Source: Methanobacteriota archaeon (GTDB lineage Archaea; Altiarchaeota; Altiarchaeia; IMC4; QMZM01). Taken from it: a stretch of DNA of 41,839 nt. Of this stretch, positions 9,083-18,545 are shown piece by piece. The position numbers and the translations under genes were made by a program. The notes below the pieces were generated by a model. It saw nothing but the letters and a program-made list of their open reading frames with translations. It did no database searches and had not been told where the DNA came from. How positions within the stretch are numbered: position 1 is the first letter of the stretch; each line of letters starts with the position of its first letter. The stretch spans positions 1 through 41,839 of the forward strand of contig CAIYYO010000024.1 of the NCBI GenBank assembly GCA_903930485.1, given 5' to 3'.

Positions 9083-9284
9083 ATGGCCGAAGGATTCGAA
9101 AAATGCGATTGCCTTATGGACATCATAGAAAGAGCTTTCAAGGATCGCGGGCGTATCGTGGGAACAGATGCGGGCCTGCATGCGCGCCCTTGGAAAACTG
9201 GGCATAGTCGAAAGATACGGCGCAGACAAATACGCTATGTACTCTATAAAAATTGGAAAGAACCGGGTCCTTTTGATGCCGTGA
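9083..9284 (+). pseudogene. Small winged-helix (wHTH) regulator-like gene interrupted by a 1-nt frameshift
   Basis: The frame starting at 9083 reads MAEGFEKCDCLMDIIE and then turns into Arg-rich nonsense antisense to nrdD. The +1 frame from 9129 reads KELSRIAGVSWEQMRACMRALGKLGIVERYGADKYAMYSIKIGKNRVLLMP, with a stop at 9282-9284. That is a typical HTH-plus-wing pattern. Skipping one A in the gaaaga run at 9128-9133 joins the two parts. Confidence 0.35.
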
Positions 9285-9292
9285 ACCGTCGC

Positions 9293-11419
9293 TCACCCGC
9301 CCATTTTCCCCAGTTTCTCCCTGACTTCAGCACTTACGCCATTCCCTTCACCGGCCGTTCCATACCTCCTCCTCTGAGAAAGCTCGGCAAGCTTGCCCTT
9401 GTTCCAGCCCGACACGTTCTGGTAATAGCCGGTTATCCTGCTCCACCAGTCGATCTTATCGCTTCCGCAGTTCGGACATTTATGAAGGAGGCCGCCTGCG
9501 GTAAAATCGCATTGGGTGCAGACTGAAAGGTCTTTCGTGTATGAGTAATACTGTATCGCGGTCTTTGTCGTGATCTTTTTGGTGAGCTCGTATATTCCTT
9601 CGGTCGTCGGATTAGATTCAGAGAGGAACACGTGGCTCATCGCTCCGCCGTCGGTCAGGGGGTGGAACGATCCCTCCATCGTCAGCCTCCTCCACAATGG
9701 CACGTCGGCCGAGGGCCTTACGTGGAACGAGTTCGTGTAGTATGCTGAGTCTTTTGTCCCGTTGAACACAACCTTGTCCTTGAATTTTCGCATGTCTATC
9801 TGAGGCAGCCTGTGGGAGCAGGATTCTGCCGGGGTCCTTGCAAGAGAGAAGTTGAGGCTGGTCTCGTCCCTGTACTCCGCGACGCGGTCTTTCATGTGCT
9901 TCATGACTGTGAGTGCGAATTTCCAAGCGTCTTCGGATTCGTGCAGCTCTTTTCCGGTATGTGCTTTGGTCATCTCGTTCATGCCCAGGATGCCTATGAT
10001 GAAGCTCTGTTTGTCGACTTCGAGGTAGTGTTCTCCGGCCTCGTTTATCGGCTGGTTCATGAAGGGCAGGAGGTTGTTCTTCAGGTTCCTTTTAACGATG
10101 TCCCTCTTGAGCAGGAGCACGTCCTTAGCCTTCTTCATGCGGTCGTCGAGTATCTCAAAGAACTTTGTATCGTCGCCGTTGGCGATGTATGCTATCTGGG
10201 GGAGGTTTATCGTCACGACCTGCAGGCCTCCGCCCCGTATGGTTCCGTTGACGACGTCTTCGTCGGTCTTGGACTTGTCGAGGGGCATCAGGAACGCGCA
10301 GCACTGGTAGCATGCGAACTCCGGCATGTAGGGCTGGTTGACTATGTAGTAGGGTGTCCCGAATTTTGCCGCAAGAGCCGAGAGCTTCATGAATTCCTCG
10401 TAATGATGCCCTTTCCGTATGTCTTCAGGATAAGTCTGGACCTCGAACTTCGGGAAATTGAATGGCTTGCCGATATAATCGCCTTGGTAGTAGACGTCTA
10501 CGAGCGCGTTGAAAAGGTTTTTGACCTCGTCCTCATAGTCGCCGTATGTGACGCTGTCCTGCACTACGCCGCCCATCTGAACCGCAGGGACGTCGAGGAA
10601 CTGCTTCGGCACACACATGTCAGAGTCGATGCTCGAGAAAACGACCTGTCCGCCCCGCGCGACGTACATCTGCGACAATTCATAGATGAACATCTGGGCC
10701 AGCTGCTTTACCTTCTTGTAGTCCAGGCCCGCAACATACGGAGCAAGGAAAGTGTTGAAGTACGAGAAACCCTGCCCTCCCGCGCAGTTGGTCTGGGCAG
10801 CTGCAAGGACTTTTGCGGCATGCAGGAACGCAACCTCCGGCCTCCTTGCCGGCCCCGCAACGGCCGTGTGGTTCCCGACACCGTCGGCCTTGAATCCGTT
10901 CTTCAGGAAGAACCTTATGTCGTGAGAAAAGCAAAAAGGCCTGATGAAATAATCAAGATCGTGTATGTGTATCTCGCCGGCCATGTGCGCGTCCGCAAGA
11001 TGCAGTGGCAGCAGGCTTATCAGTGCGTACTCTTTGGATATCTGGTCCGCCATCAACTTGTGAACCGTTTCAGGATTGTACTGAAGATTAGCATTCTCCT
11101 TGGAGCCGAAGCCCACCAGGTTCGAAACGTCGTAGACCGGCATACCAAGCCTCGTATACTTGGCCCTCTCCCTCTCCATGCCGTGCTCCAGCAATTTTAC
11201 GTTGGCGATCTCCCTTATGAGCGGGGCTGTCAGGTAGTTCAATTTCATTCCTGAGAGCTCTTCCTCGACTTCCAGAGCTATTTGATTAGCCTTCTCCTGT
11301 TCCAGTTCAGCCTCTTTTATCAGGGATTTGGCGATCTTTGTTCTGTCGAATTGCTCTAGCAAGGTCTTAGAAGTCCTGACTATCAGTTTTTTCCTGGAAC
11401 AATTGTTTTCGCCGCTCAT
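9293..11419 (-). CDS. nrdD: Anaerobic (class III) ribonucleoside-triphosphate reductase
   Basis: 708 aa with an N-terminal ATP-cone-like segment, a C-terminal zinc site (CTQC...CPNCG) and the glycyl-radical motif RITGYY. Confidence 0.95.
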   Translation of the reverse strand: MSGENNCSRKKLIVRTSKTLLEQFDRTKIAKSLIKEAELEQEKANQIALEVEEELSGMKLNYLTAPLIREIANVKLLEHGMERERAKYTRLGMPVYDVSNLVGFGSKENANLQYNPETVHKLMADQISKEYALISLLPLHLADAHMAGEIHIHDLDYFIRPFCFSHDIRFFLKNGFKADGVGNHTAVAGPARRPEVAFLHAAKVLAAAQTNCAGGQGFSYFNTFLAPYVAGLDYKKVKQLAQMFIYELSQMYVARGGQVVFSSIDSDMCVPKQFLDVPAVQMGGVVQDSVTYGDYEDEVKNLFNALVDVYYQGDYIGKPFNFPKFEVQTYPEDIRKGHHYEEFMKLSALAAKFGTPYYIVNQPYMPEFACYQCCAFLMPLDKSKTDEDVVNGTIRGGGLQVVTINLPQIAYIANGDDTKFFEILDDRMKKAKDVLLLKRDIVKRNLKNNLLPFMNQPINEAGEHYLEVDKQSFIIGILGMNEMTKAHTGKELHESEDAWKFALTVMKHMKDRVAEYRDETSLNFSLARTPAESCSHRLPQIDMRKFKDKVVFNGTKDSAYYTNSFHVRPSADVPLWRRLTMEGSFHPLTDGGAMSHVFLSESNPTTEGIYELTKKITTKTAIQYYSYTKDLSVCTQCDFTAGGLLHKCPNCGSDKIDWWSRITGYYQNVSGWNKGKLAELSQRRRYGTAGEGNGVSAEVREKLGKMGG

Positions 11420-11596
11420 TTTGATTAAATCTAAATCCTGATTTCATCAATTTTAAAAACCATATTTGATAGATATAATTTATAACTTTACTAGTTTAAG
11501 AACTTATTCGGTGTAAAACAAAACGACAAAAAAGACGGCCAATAGTAAACACCTGCAAATATATGCAGTTAAGACCCAAACTATGACCATTGAATA

Positions 11597-11606
11597 TTTT
11601 ATATAC
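11597..11606 (+). promoter_or_regulatory. TATA-like box upstream of the DUF112 permease gene
   Basis: The sequence ttttatatac is centred ~24 nt upstream of the ATG at 11625, in a 205-bp AT-rich divergent region shared with nrdD. Confidence 0.35.
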
Positions 11607-11624
11607 TATAAACACCTATAAAAA

Positions 11625-12833
11625 ATGCTCGAATATGTTTTTCTGGCTTTGATAGGATGCGCCATCGGCGTGGTCACCGGGCTCATTCCGGGACTGCACG
11701 TGAACACCGTGGCAGTGATGGGATTCGGGACATATGTCGCTTTAGGCCTCACGCCGTTGGACTTCGTCATAATCCTTACTGCAGTCTCTATAACGCACGC
11801 ATTCTTGGACTACATCCCGGCCATCTTTCTTGGGGCGCCGGCAGAAGATACGGCATTGTCCGTACTTCCCGCTCACAGGCTGTTCATGCAGGGCAGGGCT
11901 TTCGAGGCCGTGAAACTGACTGCGACAGGAAGCCTTCTAGGCCTTGGAATAGGTCTGATGCTCCTTATCCCGGCCTTATATATCATACCGGCGATCTATC
12001 ACGCGTCGCGAGGCTTCATCGCCTACATCCTGATAGTCGCCGTCGTAATCCTCATAGCCCAGGAAAAATCCCCTAGAGCCATCAAATGGGCAGTCCTTAC
12101 TTTCCTCATCTCAGGATGGCTTGGCGTCGTCGTATTAGACCATCAGGATTTCCTCTCTTCTTCGGACGTGTTGTTCCCTGTCTTTGCGGGTCTCTTCGGC
12201 CTGGCAAACCTATTGGATTCACTAAAGTCGGAAGCAGTCGCGATACCCCAGGACCCGTACATCAAGGTCAAATTCGAGAAAAAGTTCTTCGGCGCGGGAT
12301 TGCTTGGAGCGATCTCGGGGGCATTGATCGGCGTATTGCCCGCTATCAGCCCATCGCAGATGGGGGCTCTCATCTCGGAGAAGGCGAAGCTGGATTCTAA
12401 GAACTTTCTGGTCTTCCTTAGTGCTATAAATACCTCGGATGCCATTTACTCGATGCTGGCGTTGTATACGATAAGCAATGCGCGAAGCGGCGTTGCTGTC
12501 ATAGTAGGCAAGGTCATAGACGTCAATTTCGACGTAGTCCTATTGCTTGTCGGCGTCATGGCGTTTTCGGCCTTCTTTGCAACCGTTGTGCACATACAGA
12601 TCGGCAAGAGAATGTCCGGGCTCGTCGAGAAGATAAACTATCGGAAGCTTTGCGTCGCATCGTTCGTGTTCATACTGTCCATGGTCTATGTGTTCACGGG
12701 TTGGTTCGGTCTCCTGCTTGCGCTTTTGTGTACCGTAGTCGGAATCCTGCCCATAATTGCCGGAATCAGCCGGACACACCTTATGGGCGTGCTTTTATTG
12801 CCTACAATCCTATTCTTTTTAGGGGTGGGCTGA
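11625..12833 (+). CDS. DUF112/TctA-like integral membrane protein
   Basis: 402-aa polytopic membrane protein. The N-terminal GxxTGLIPGLHVNT motif is typical of the TctA/DUF112 family. No TctB or TctC partners are adjacent. Confidence 0.6.
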   Translation: MLEYVFLALIGCAIGVVTGLIPGLHVNTVAVMGFGTYVALGLTPLDFVIILTAVSITHAFLDYIPAIFLGAPAEDTALSVLPAHRLFMQGRAFEAVKLTATGSLLGLGIGLMLLIPALYIIPAIYHASRGFIAYILIVAVVILIAQEKSPRAIKWAVLTFLISGWLGVVVLDHQDFLSSSDVLFPVFAGLFGLANLLDSLKSEAVAIPQDPYIKVKFEKKFFGAGLLGAISGALIGVLPAISPSQMGALISEKAKLDSKNFLVFLSAINTSDAIYSMLALYTISNARSGVAVIVGKVIDVNFDVVLLLVGVMAFSAFFATVVHIQIGKRMSGLVEKINYRKLCVASFVFILSMVYVFTGWFGLLLALLCTVVGILPIIAGISRTHLMGVLLLPTILFFLGVG

Positions 12834-12836
12834 AAG

Positions 12837-13253
12837 ATGCGGCAGGAAGGAGAAGGTTTCGAGAAGATGGTTGCCAAGGAATTGGCGGTCCTGAACAAGA
12901 ACATAATTCTCCACAGGAAAAACCTTAAAGAGCTCCTGGCAGAAAAAAACCCATCGATCGCTGTCAAAGGTCAGGAGGATTACGTCTTCGACAAGGCGGC
13001 GCTGAAGAAAGCTGCCGCGAAATATCCCGAACACAAGCACGACGACGTAAAGCTGCCGGTTCTCTTTTACATCGATACCGAGGTTCCCAACCAGTGCTAT
13101 ATCCGCGAAGAGCTGAATGCGGATTTCTTCAAGAAGATCTCCGGGCTCGAGGGTTATAAGTACAAAAAAGGCAAGATGTGGCTTTCGAAAGCCGTTGCGA
13201 GCGATCTCATGCGTGAGTATCCTACTCTTTTCCAGTACTTCTTCCTGCCTTAG
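12837..13253 (+). CDS. UPF0216 (DUF61)-like archaeal protein
   Basis: 138 aa, starting 3 nt after the preceding stop. The pattern LNKN...RKNLKELL...P...V......F....L......P......VKLPVLFY resembles the UPF0216 family as I remember it. Confidence 0.45.
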   Translation: MRQEGEGFEKMVAKELAVLNKNIILHRKNLKELLAEKNPSIAVKGQEDYVFDKAALKKAAAKYPEHKHDDVKLPVLFYIDTEVPNQCYIREELNADFFKKISGLEGYKYKKGKMWLSKAVASDLMREYPTLFQYFFLP

Positions 13254-14469
13254 GCTTCATCCTGATAAGCGGCATGCTCAGGTGCCTCCTCGCTCCGGGC
13301 GGGACTTCGTAGAATCCTTTCACAAGGTCTCGAAGAACTTCTTTCAAACGAATCTCGCGCGCTCTTTTCCCGCATTTCCTGCACTTGTATCCCTTGCCTT
13401 TTCCTGCAGAAGTCATCCTCCTGCCGCAGCATGTGGGAGAATCTTTTAAATAGACTTTGGCCAGCTTCAATATCCTGATCTTTTCCAGATTAAAAGTGTT
13501 CGGGTGCTTGCTTATCCCACCGAATACCTCGATCCTGTCCCCAAGCAGGAGCTTCTTTACGGTATTCCTGAACGGCCCGGTGGGCTTGTATGCAGCGCAC
13601 GTTATTTCCCCCGTCAGGTCCCTGAGCCCGAACAATATATGGCCGCCAGCTATCGTTCTTGGTTCCTTGGCAACGGTTCCGTTCAGTATTGCGCAGTCGT
13701 AAGGCTTTAATTCCGCGATCTTTTTCTTCCTGAGGTGCGCGTCTGTCCCCTGGTTTGTGACGAATATCTGGGTCCGTTCGATCTCTTCCAGGGGCTTGAC
13801 CATTGCCCATGCCTTTTCGACGACGCTCTTGGAATTTCCGCGTATGCCGCAGAATACTGGGTCGTACCCGTGTGGGAATATAAGTATCCTTCCCGTGTTG
13901 TTGTCGATGTTGTTAAAGGTTTCGGGATAAGTCTCCTTGTCCATCCGGTAGATGGAATCGACGTCTATCTTTTTCTCTTTCTTCCTGTGGCTCCTGTATG
14001 CGATTATTTCGTAGGTCTTGTCAGGGAGCTCCGCCCCTATTGCCGCAAGGGCTCCGATGATGCCTCGGCCGTTCTTGAATTTGTGGAATTCCGCGCCCAC
14101 CGACGAGGCGCATTTCTCAGCGTTCTCTATCGAAACAAGTTCCGAAACCGCGCGCCGATAAAAGTCCCTCAGTTTTTTCTTATCCGCAGGATTGAGCTTT
14201 TCTATGAACACGACGCCTGGGTTGGTCTTTTTCTCTTCGAACTGCGCGTATTCGCCGACCATGTCGAGAACGGTCTTCTTTATCAGGGCGCGATCTCCTT
14301 CGACTATCAGGCATACTGCGCCGTTGCCCCTGGTCTTGTACGGGATGTTCGGGTTCAAACGTATCAATCGCGGAAGTTCTACAGTGCCTAACTTTTCGCA
14401 GAGCAGCGCCGCCAGATACGTCGTGCACATCCTCTTCTCGGAATCCGTATCATCGATGCCTACGTACAT
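13222..14469 (-). CDS. tiaS: tRNA(Ile2) 2-agmatinylcytidine synthetase
   Basis: 415 aa with the N-terminal GIDDTDSxxxMCTTY signature and a C-terminal zinc ribbon (CCGRRM...CRKCG). Confidence 0.85.
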   Translation of the reverse strand: MYVGIDDTDSEKRMCTTYLAALLCEKLGTVELPRLIRLNPNIPYKTRGNGAVCLIVEGDRALIKKTVLDMVGEYAQFEEKKTNPGVVFIEKLNPADKKKLRDFYRRAVSELVSIENAEKCASSVGAEFHKFKNGRGIIGALAAIGAELPDKTYEIIAYRSHRKKEKKIDVDSIYRMDKETYPETFNNIDNNTGRILIFPHGYDPVFCGIRGNSKSVVEKAWAMVKPLEEIERTQIFVTNQGTDAHLRKKKIAELKPYDCAILNGTVAKEPRTIAGGHILFGLRDLTGEITCAAYKPTGPFRNTVKKLLLGDRIEVFGGISKHPNTFNLEKIRILKLAKVYLKDSPTCCGRRMTSAGKGKGYKCRKCGKRAREIRLKEVLRDLVKGFYEVPPGARRHLSMPLIRMKPKAGRSTGKE

Positions 14470-14481
14470 AACAGAAAACTA

Positions 14482-15183
14482 TCATATGAACTCTTCTTGC
14501 GCCTTCATCGCATAATACGTCCTGTGAGCTATGTTGACAGAGTGATCCGCAATCCTTTCCAAATATCTTGCCGTCAGTATGATGTTGAGGGCGAAAGACA
14601 TGCCTTCGGCGTCTTTTCTTGATATCTCCTCAAGCTTTCTGAAGACCTTCGCGAAAAGCTTGTCAACGTTGTCCTCCATCTTGTGGATCTCCTCGATCCT
14701 TCCGACGTCTTTATGTATGAAGGCCGGACCCGCTTTGTTCACCATGTCCGCGGCTATCTCCCCCATCTCCATTATCGGATTTTTATTTCCTTCGTTCATG
14801 TCCACCAGCTTGAGGACGTGTCTGTTGAATTCCTGGCTTATATTGGGAGACTCGTCAAGGATGTAATTCACGTTCTTTGCTATGTCGACGGCATAGTCGC
14901 CGATCCTCTCCAAATTCGTCGCGACGTCCATCGAGATGCTGATGAAGCGCAGATCCTTTGCCACCGGCTGCTGGAGTGCGATGGTCTGGATGCACCTCTC
15001 CTTTATCTCGGCATAGAGCTCGTTGACGTGCTTGTCTTTTTCTATGATATCGTGCGCTTTTTTGCTGTCCAGTTCGGACAGCGCCGTCATTGCGTTTCTC
15101 AGTTGCTCCTCGGCAAGGAGAGTCATCCTGAGGATATCTTCCTTGATGGTATCCATCTGGAAATCCAGTTTCTGTCTTGGCAT
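14482..15183 (-). CDS. phoU: Phosphate transport system regulator PhoU
   Basis: 233 aa with two PhoU repeats (ERIGDYAVDIA and ERIADHSVNIA). It lies directly downstream of pstB, with a GGTGGTG ribosome-binding site. Confidence 0.9.
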   Translation of the reverse strand: MPRQKLDFQMDTIKEDILRMTLLAEEQLRNAMTALSELDSKKAHDIIEKDKHVNELYAEIKERCIQTIALQQPVAKDLRFISISMDVATNLERIGDYAVDIAKNVNYILDESPNISQEFNRHVLKLVDMNEGNKNPIMEMGEIAADMVNKAGPAFIHKDVGRIEEIHKMEDNVDKLFAKVFRKLEEISRKDAEGMSFALNIILTARYLERIADHSVNIAHRTYYAMKAQEEFI

Positions 15184-15203
15184 TTTTTTTCACCACCTAT
15201 CTT

Positions 15204-15965
15204 TTATCCAAATCTTCCCGTGATATAATCCTCTGTTTCCTTCTTTTTTGGGTTCTCAAATATGTCTCGCGTCTTAGCGAATTCAAGGAGTCTCCCCAGG
15301 AGAAAGAATCCGGTGTAGTCCGAGACTCTTGCGGCCTGCTGCATGTTATGCGTCACTATTACTATCGTATATTTCTTCTTTAAATCCTGCATCAGGTCTT
15401 CTATCTTGCCTGTGGCTATCGGGTCAAGAGCCGAGCAGGGTTCGTCGAACAACACTACCTCGGGTTTGACCGCGAGGGTCCTTGCGATGCATAGCCTCTG
15501 CTGTTGTCCTCCTGAAAGGTCGAGAGCATTCGTGTTGAGGCGGTCCGACACTTCCCCCCACAGGGCCGCGCCGACAAGGCTTTCCTCGACTATCCTCCTT
15601 AATTCGGTCTTGTCTTTTATCCCGTGTATCCTTGGTCCGTAGGCGACGTTGTCGAATATGCTCATCGGGAACGGATTCGGTCTTTGGAATACCATGCCGA
15701 CTCTTTTACGCAGGGCTACCGGGTCGATGTCCTTATCGTAAATGTTCTTATTGTCCAGTAACACTTCCCCGGTTATCTTTACTCCGTCTATCAGGTCGTT
15801 CATCCTGTTAAGGCACCTTATGAAGGTCGATTTCCCGCACCCGGAGGGGCCGATCAGAGCAGTCACCCGGTTCTCTTTTATGTTCAGGTTGTTGTCCTTC
15901 AAAGCCTGCTTGTCGCCGTACCACAGGTTCAGGTCCTTCACCAATATCTTGTTCTTTTGGTCCAT
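15204..15965 (-). CDS. pstB: Phosphate ABC transporter ATP-binding protein
   Basis: 253 aa with Walker [13 protein letters not shown] signature LSGGQQQR, Walker [13 protein letters not shown] and a PstB-type C-terminus. Confidence 0.95.
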   Translation of the reverse strand: MDQKNKILVKDLNLWYGDKQALKDNNLNIKENRVTALIGPSGCGKSTFIRCLNRMNDLIDGVKITGEVLLDNKNIYDKDIDPVALRKRVGMVFQRPNPFPMSIFDNVAYGPRIHGIKDKTELRRIVEESLVGAALWGEVSDRLNTNALDLSGGQQQRLCIARTLAVKPEVVLFDEPCSALDPIATGKIEDLMQDLKKKYTIVIVTHNMQQAARVSDYTGFFLLGRLLEFAKTRDIFENPKKKETEDYITGRFG

Positions 15966-15966
15966 C

Positions 15967-16815
15967 TCAGCAGTTCCGCCTCAAGTTCCTTGAGAGCCTT
16001 TTCTTGAAAACCCTTGTTATATGATTGAGCAGGAGGATGATTAACACGAGAGTCAAGGCCGTTCCGAACGCCACTTTAAGCGAGATTCCCTCCATGGCCA
16101 GATAGTAAAGCTGCGTCGTCAGTGTGTTCCCGCTGCCGAACAGGGAGGACGGGATCGTCGGATTCAACGCGACCATGAAGATTATGGGGGCCGTTTCCCC
16201 TACGGCCCGGCCGATGCTAAGGATTATTCCCGTAGCTATGCCCGGAACCGAGCCCGGCAGGACGATATTTCTGATCGTCTGGAGTTTCGATGCGCCCATG
16301 CCGTAGCTCTCCATCTTTTCCGCGTACGGAACGCCGCGCATAGCGACTTCCGAGGTCCTGATTATCGTGGGAAGCACCATGAATCCTAGAGTAAGGCCTG
16401 CCGACAGCAGAGAGGGTCCGCCGGTGTAATCCTTCAGGTAGAACACGAAGAGGGCGAGCCCGAACAAGCCGAAGACTATCGACGGGACCGCGTTCAAGGC
16501 ATCCGACGCCGTTCTAATAACTCTCGAGAACCAGTCGTCTTTGCGAAACTCCGTAAGATAGATCGCCGTTCCCACCCCGACCGGCGCAGCGAAAGACAGG
16601 GCGACGACAACCACAATCAATGAGCCGAGGATTGCCGGGAATATGCCTCCTTCGCGCCAGTTGTTCTGCGGCATGTCGAGCAGGAATGAAACAGAAAGGG
16701 CCCCGACGCCTTTTATGAATATATAGCCCAGGACCGCGAGCAGGATTAAGATTATGACTACGGCGGACATCCAAAGCCATATCTTTGCCAGCCTGTCGGT
16801 GGTGTGTTTGTTCAT
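15967..16815 (-). CDS. pstA: Phosphate ABC transporter permease PstA
   Basis: 282-aa permease with the EAA-like loop ([21 protein letters not shown]). It sits between pstC and pstB. Confidence 0.9.
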   Translation of the reverse strand: MNKHTTDRLAKIWLWMSAVVIILILLAVLGYIFIKGVGALSVSFLLDMPQNNWREGGIFPAILGSLIVVVVALSFAAPVGVGTAIYLTEFRKDDWFSRVIRTASDALNAVPSIVFGLFGLALFVFYLKDYTGGPSLLSAGLTLGFMVLPTIIRTSEVAMRGVPYAEKMESYGMGASKLQTIRNIVLPGSVPGIATGIILSIGRAVGETAPIIFMVALNPTIPSSLFGSGNTLTTQLYYLAMEGISLKVAFGTALTLVLIILLLNHITRVFKKRLSRNLRRNC

Positions 16816-16823
16816 CTTGATGA

Positions 16824-17696
16824 CTATTCAAATCTTTCATGGTTTCGGCTTATCAGCCTGCTTGATAAGACGCTTAGTACGAGCACGAACACGAAGGGGA
16901 CTATGCCGAGGCAGAACAGCGCCCTATAATGGAGGCTGTTTACGACCGCTTCACCCATCTCGAGAAGGATGGCCGACGTCAGCGTTTCTCCAGGAACCAG
17001 GAAGCCGGTCGGGAACTTTTCAACGTTCCCTATGACAAGAACGACTGCCATAGTCTCTCCGATCGCCCTACCCATTCCCAAGATGACGCCGGCGACGATG
17101 CCCTGGCTTGCGGCCGGGAGCAGGACCCGGTGAATAGTCTGCCAGTCGGTTGCGCCCATAGCATACGAGCCTTCGCGGTAAAGTCTCGGAACCGCCTCTA
17201 TCGCGTCCTGAGAGATGCTTATGATTATGGGCAGGACCATTATGGACAGGATTATCGATGCCGCGAGGATAGTCTCCCCCGTCGCAAGATTGAACGTAAT
17301 ATGGGCCGCGTTCACGATGATGACTAGGGCGAAGACGCCGTAGATGATGGACGGGATCCCGGCGAGTAATTCGATCGCGGGACGCACGATGTTCTTAGCC
17401 CAGCGCGGAGCGATCTCCGAGAGGAATATGGCGCAGGACAATCCTAAAGGCACCGCTATCAGGAGCGCGCCGAAGGTTACCATGAATGCTGCGACGATGA
17501 ATTGGAACGCGCCGTAGACGTCTTTCGACGGGACCCATCTGGTGCCGAACAGGAAATCCAGGACCCCGACTTTCGTGAACAAGGGAAGGCCGGCATTGAA
17601 GATGAAGAGCATGATAAGCAGTAGCACGACGACGGCGGTTATGCTGAAGAGCATCAACACCCTTCCGACCATTTTTTCAGGCTCGAATCTGCCCAT
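16824..17696 (-). CDS. pstC: Phosphate ABC transporter permease PstC
   Basis: 290-aa permease with the motif REGSYAMGATDWQTIHRVLLP. It sits directly after pstS. Confidence 0.9.
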   Translation of the reverse strand: MGRFEPEKMVGRVLMLFSITAVVVLLLIMLFIFNAGLPLFTKVGVLDFLFGTRWVPSKDVYGAFQFIVAAFMVTFGALLIAVPLGLSCAIFLSEIAPRWAKNIVRPAIELLAGIPSIIYGVFALVIIVNAAHITFNLATGETILAASIILSIMVLPIIISISQDAIEAVPRLYREGSYAMGATDWQTIHRVLLPAASQGIVAGVILGMGRAIGETMAVVLVIGNVEKFPTGFLVPGETLTSAILLEMGEAVVNSLHYRALFCLGIVPFVFVLVLSVLSSRLISRNHERFE

Positions 17697-17698
17697 TT

Positions 17699-18499
17699 TT
17701 ATGGTTTTATTTTTATGAATCCTTCATGTTTGACTATGTCCTGGCCTTCCGGGGAGAGGATGTAGTCGATGAAATCCTTGGAGATACCCTGCGGCTGTCT
17801 CTTGGTTATCAGGTACAGGTTCCTTGAAAGCGGGTACCGCTTGTTCCGGACGTTCTCTTCATCCGGTGACGAGCCGTTCAAGGAAATCGCCTTTATCGAG
17901 TCGTCGAGATAGCCTATGCCGACGTATCCTATCGCGTTCTCGTTCCCTGCGACCGTGAAACGGATGGCCCCGCTCGCAGGCTTCTGCAGCGCGCCGTCCG
18001 AGACGTCGGTTTTGCCCATCACCATGCTCTCGAACATCGACCTAGTCCCGGAGCCGTCTTCTCTCTCGACGAGGACGATGGGCCTATCCGGGCCCCCGAC
18101 TTCTTTATAGTTCTTTATTTTTCCCGAAAAGATGTCTCTGACCTGCTGGAGGGTTAAGTCTTTTATCGTGTTCGACGGATTCACTACAATGGCGATGCAG
18201 TCTATTGCTACAGTCGTCGTCACTAAGTCCGGCCCCTTGGTCTTTTCCTGGGCCGTAAGCTCGCGGGAGGAGGCGCCGATCCCGACAGAGCCTTCTGCGA
18301 CCATGTTTATTCCCGTTCCCGAGCCTCCGCCTTCGACGCCTATCCTTACGCTCGGATGCTCGGTCGAATATGTCTCAGACGCTCTTGTGACGATGGGCTG
18401 TACGGTAGTAGAGCCGGAAATGATCAGATCCTTGCTGTCCTTGCCGACGCAGCCGCCGAACAACGTGAGCGCTATGACGAAGCAGACTAGACTTTTCAT
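17699..18499 (-). CDS. pstS: Phosphate-binding protein PstS (lipoprotein-type signal)
   Basis: The ORF extends to 18592, but the Met at 18499 gives the signal peptide MKSLVCFVIALTLFGGC and avoids overlapping the upstream pstA2. It has SGSTTVQP and GGGSGTG motifs. Confidence 0.85.
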   Translation of the reverse strand: MKSLVCFVIALTLFGGCVGKDSKDLIISGSTTVQPIVTRASETYSTEHPSVRIGVEGGGSGTGINMVAEGSVGIGASSRELTAQEKTKGPDLVTTTVAIDCIAIVVNPSNTIKDLTLQQVRDIFSGKIKNYKEVGGPDRPIVLVEREDGSGTRSMFESMVMGKTDVSDGALQKPASGAIRFTVAGNENAIGYVGIGYLDDSIKAISLNGSSPDEENVRNKRYPLSRNLYLITKRQPQGISKDFIDYILSPEGQDIVKHEGFIKIKP

Positions 18500-18545
18500 C
18501 GCATTTATGTTTAATACTTGCACGCGGAACACAAAAATACAAAAC

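Noticed and set aside
9812-11254. 480-aa ORF on the plus strand
   Set aside because: It is entirely antisense to nrdD, whose identity is unambiguous. Its translation is Val/Arg/His/Leu-rich with no motif. This is a typical shadow ORF.
11553-11568. Inverted repeat CTGCA-N6-TGCAG in the nrdD/DUF112 divergent intergenic region
   Set aside because: The arms are only 5 bp. This is easily chance in a 205-bp AT-rich spacer, and no second copy was seen.
11420-11624. Possible ncRNA or riboswitch in the largest clean intergenic gap. The 104-119-bp gaps at 21140, 25465 and 40934 were considered for the same reason.
   Set aside because: I found no tRNA-like cloverleaf, extended stems or conserved-looking structured elements by eye. 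The regions are AT-rich with TATA-like boxes, consistent with divergent promoters.
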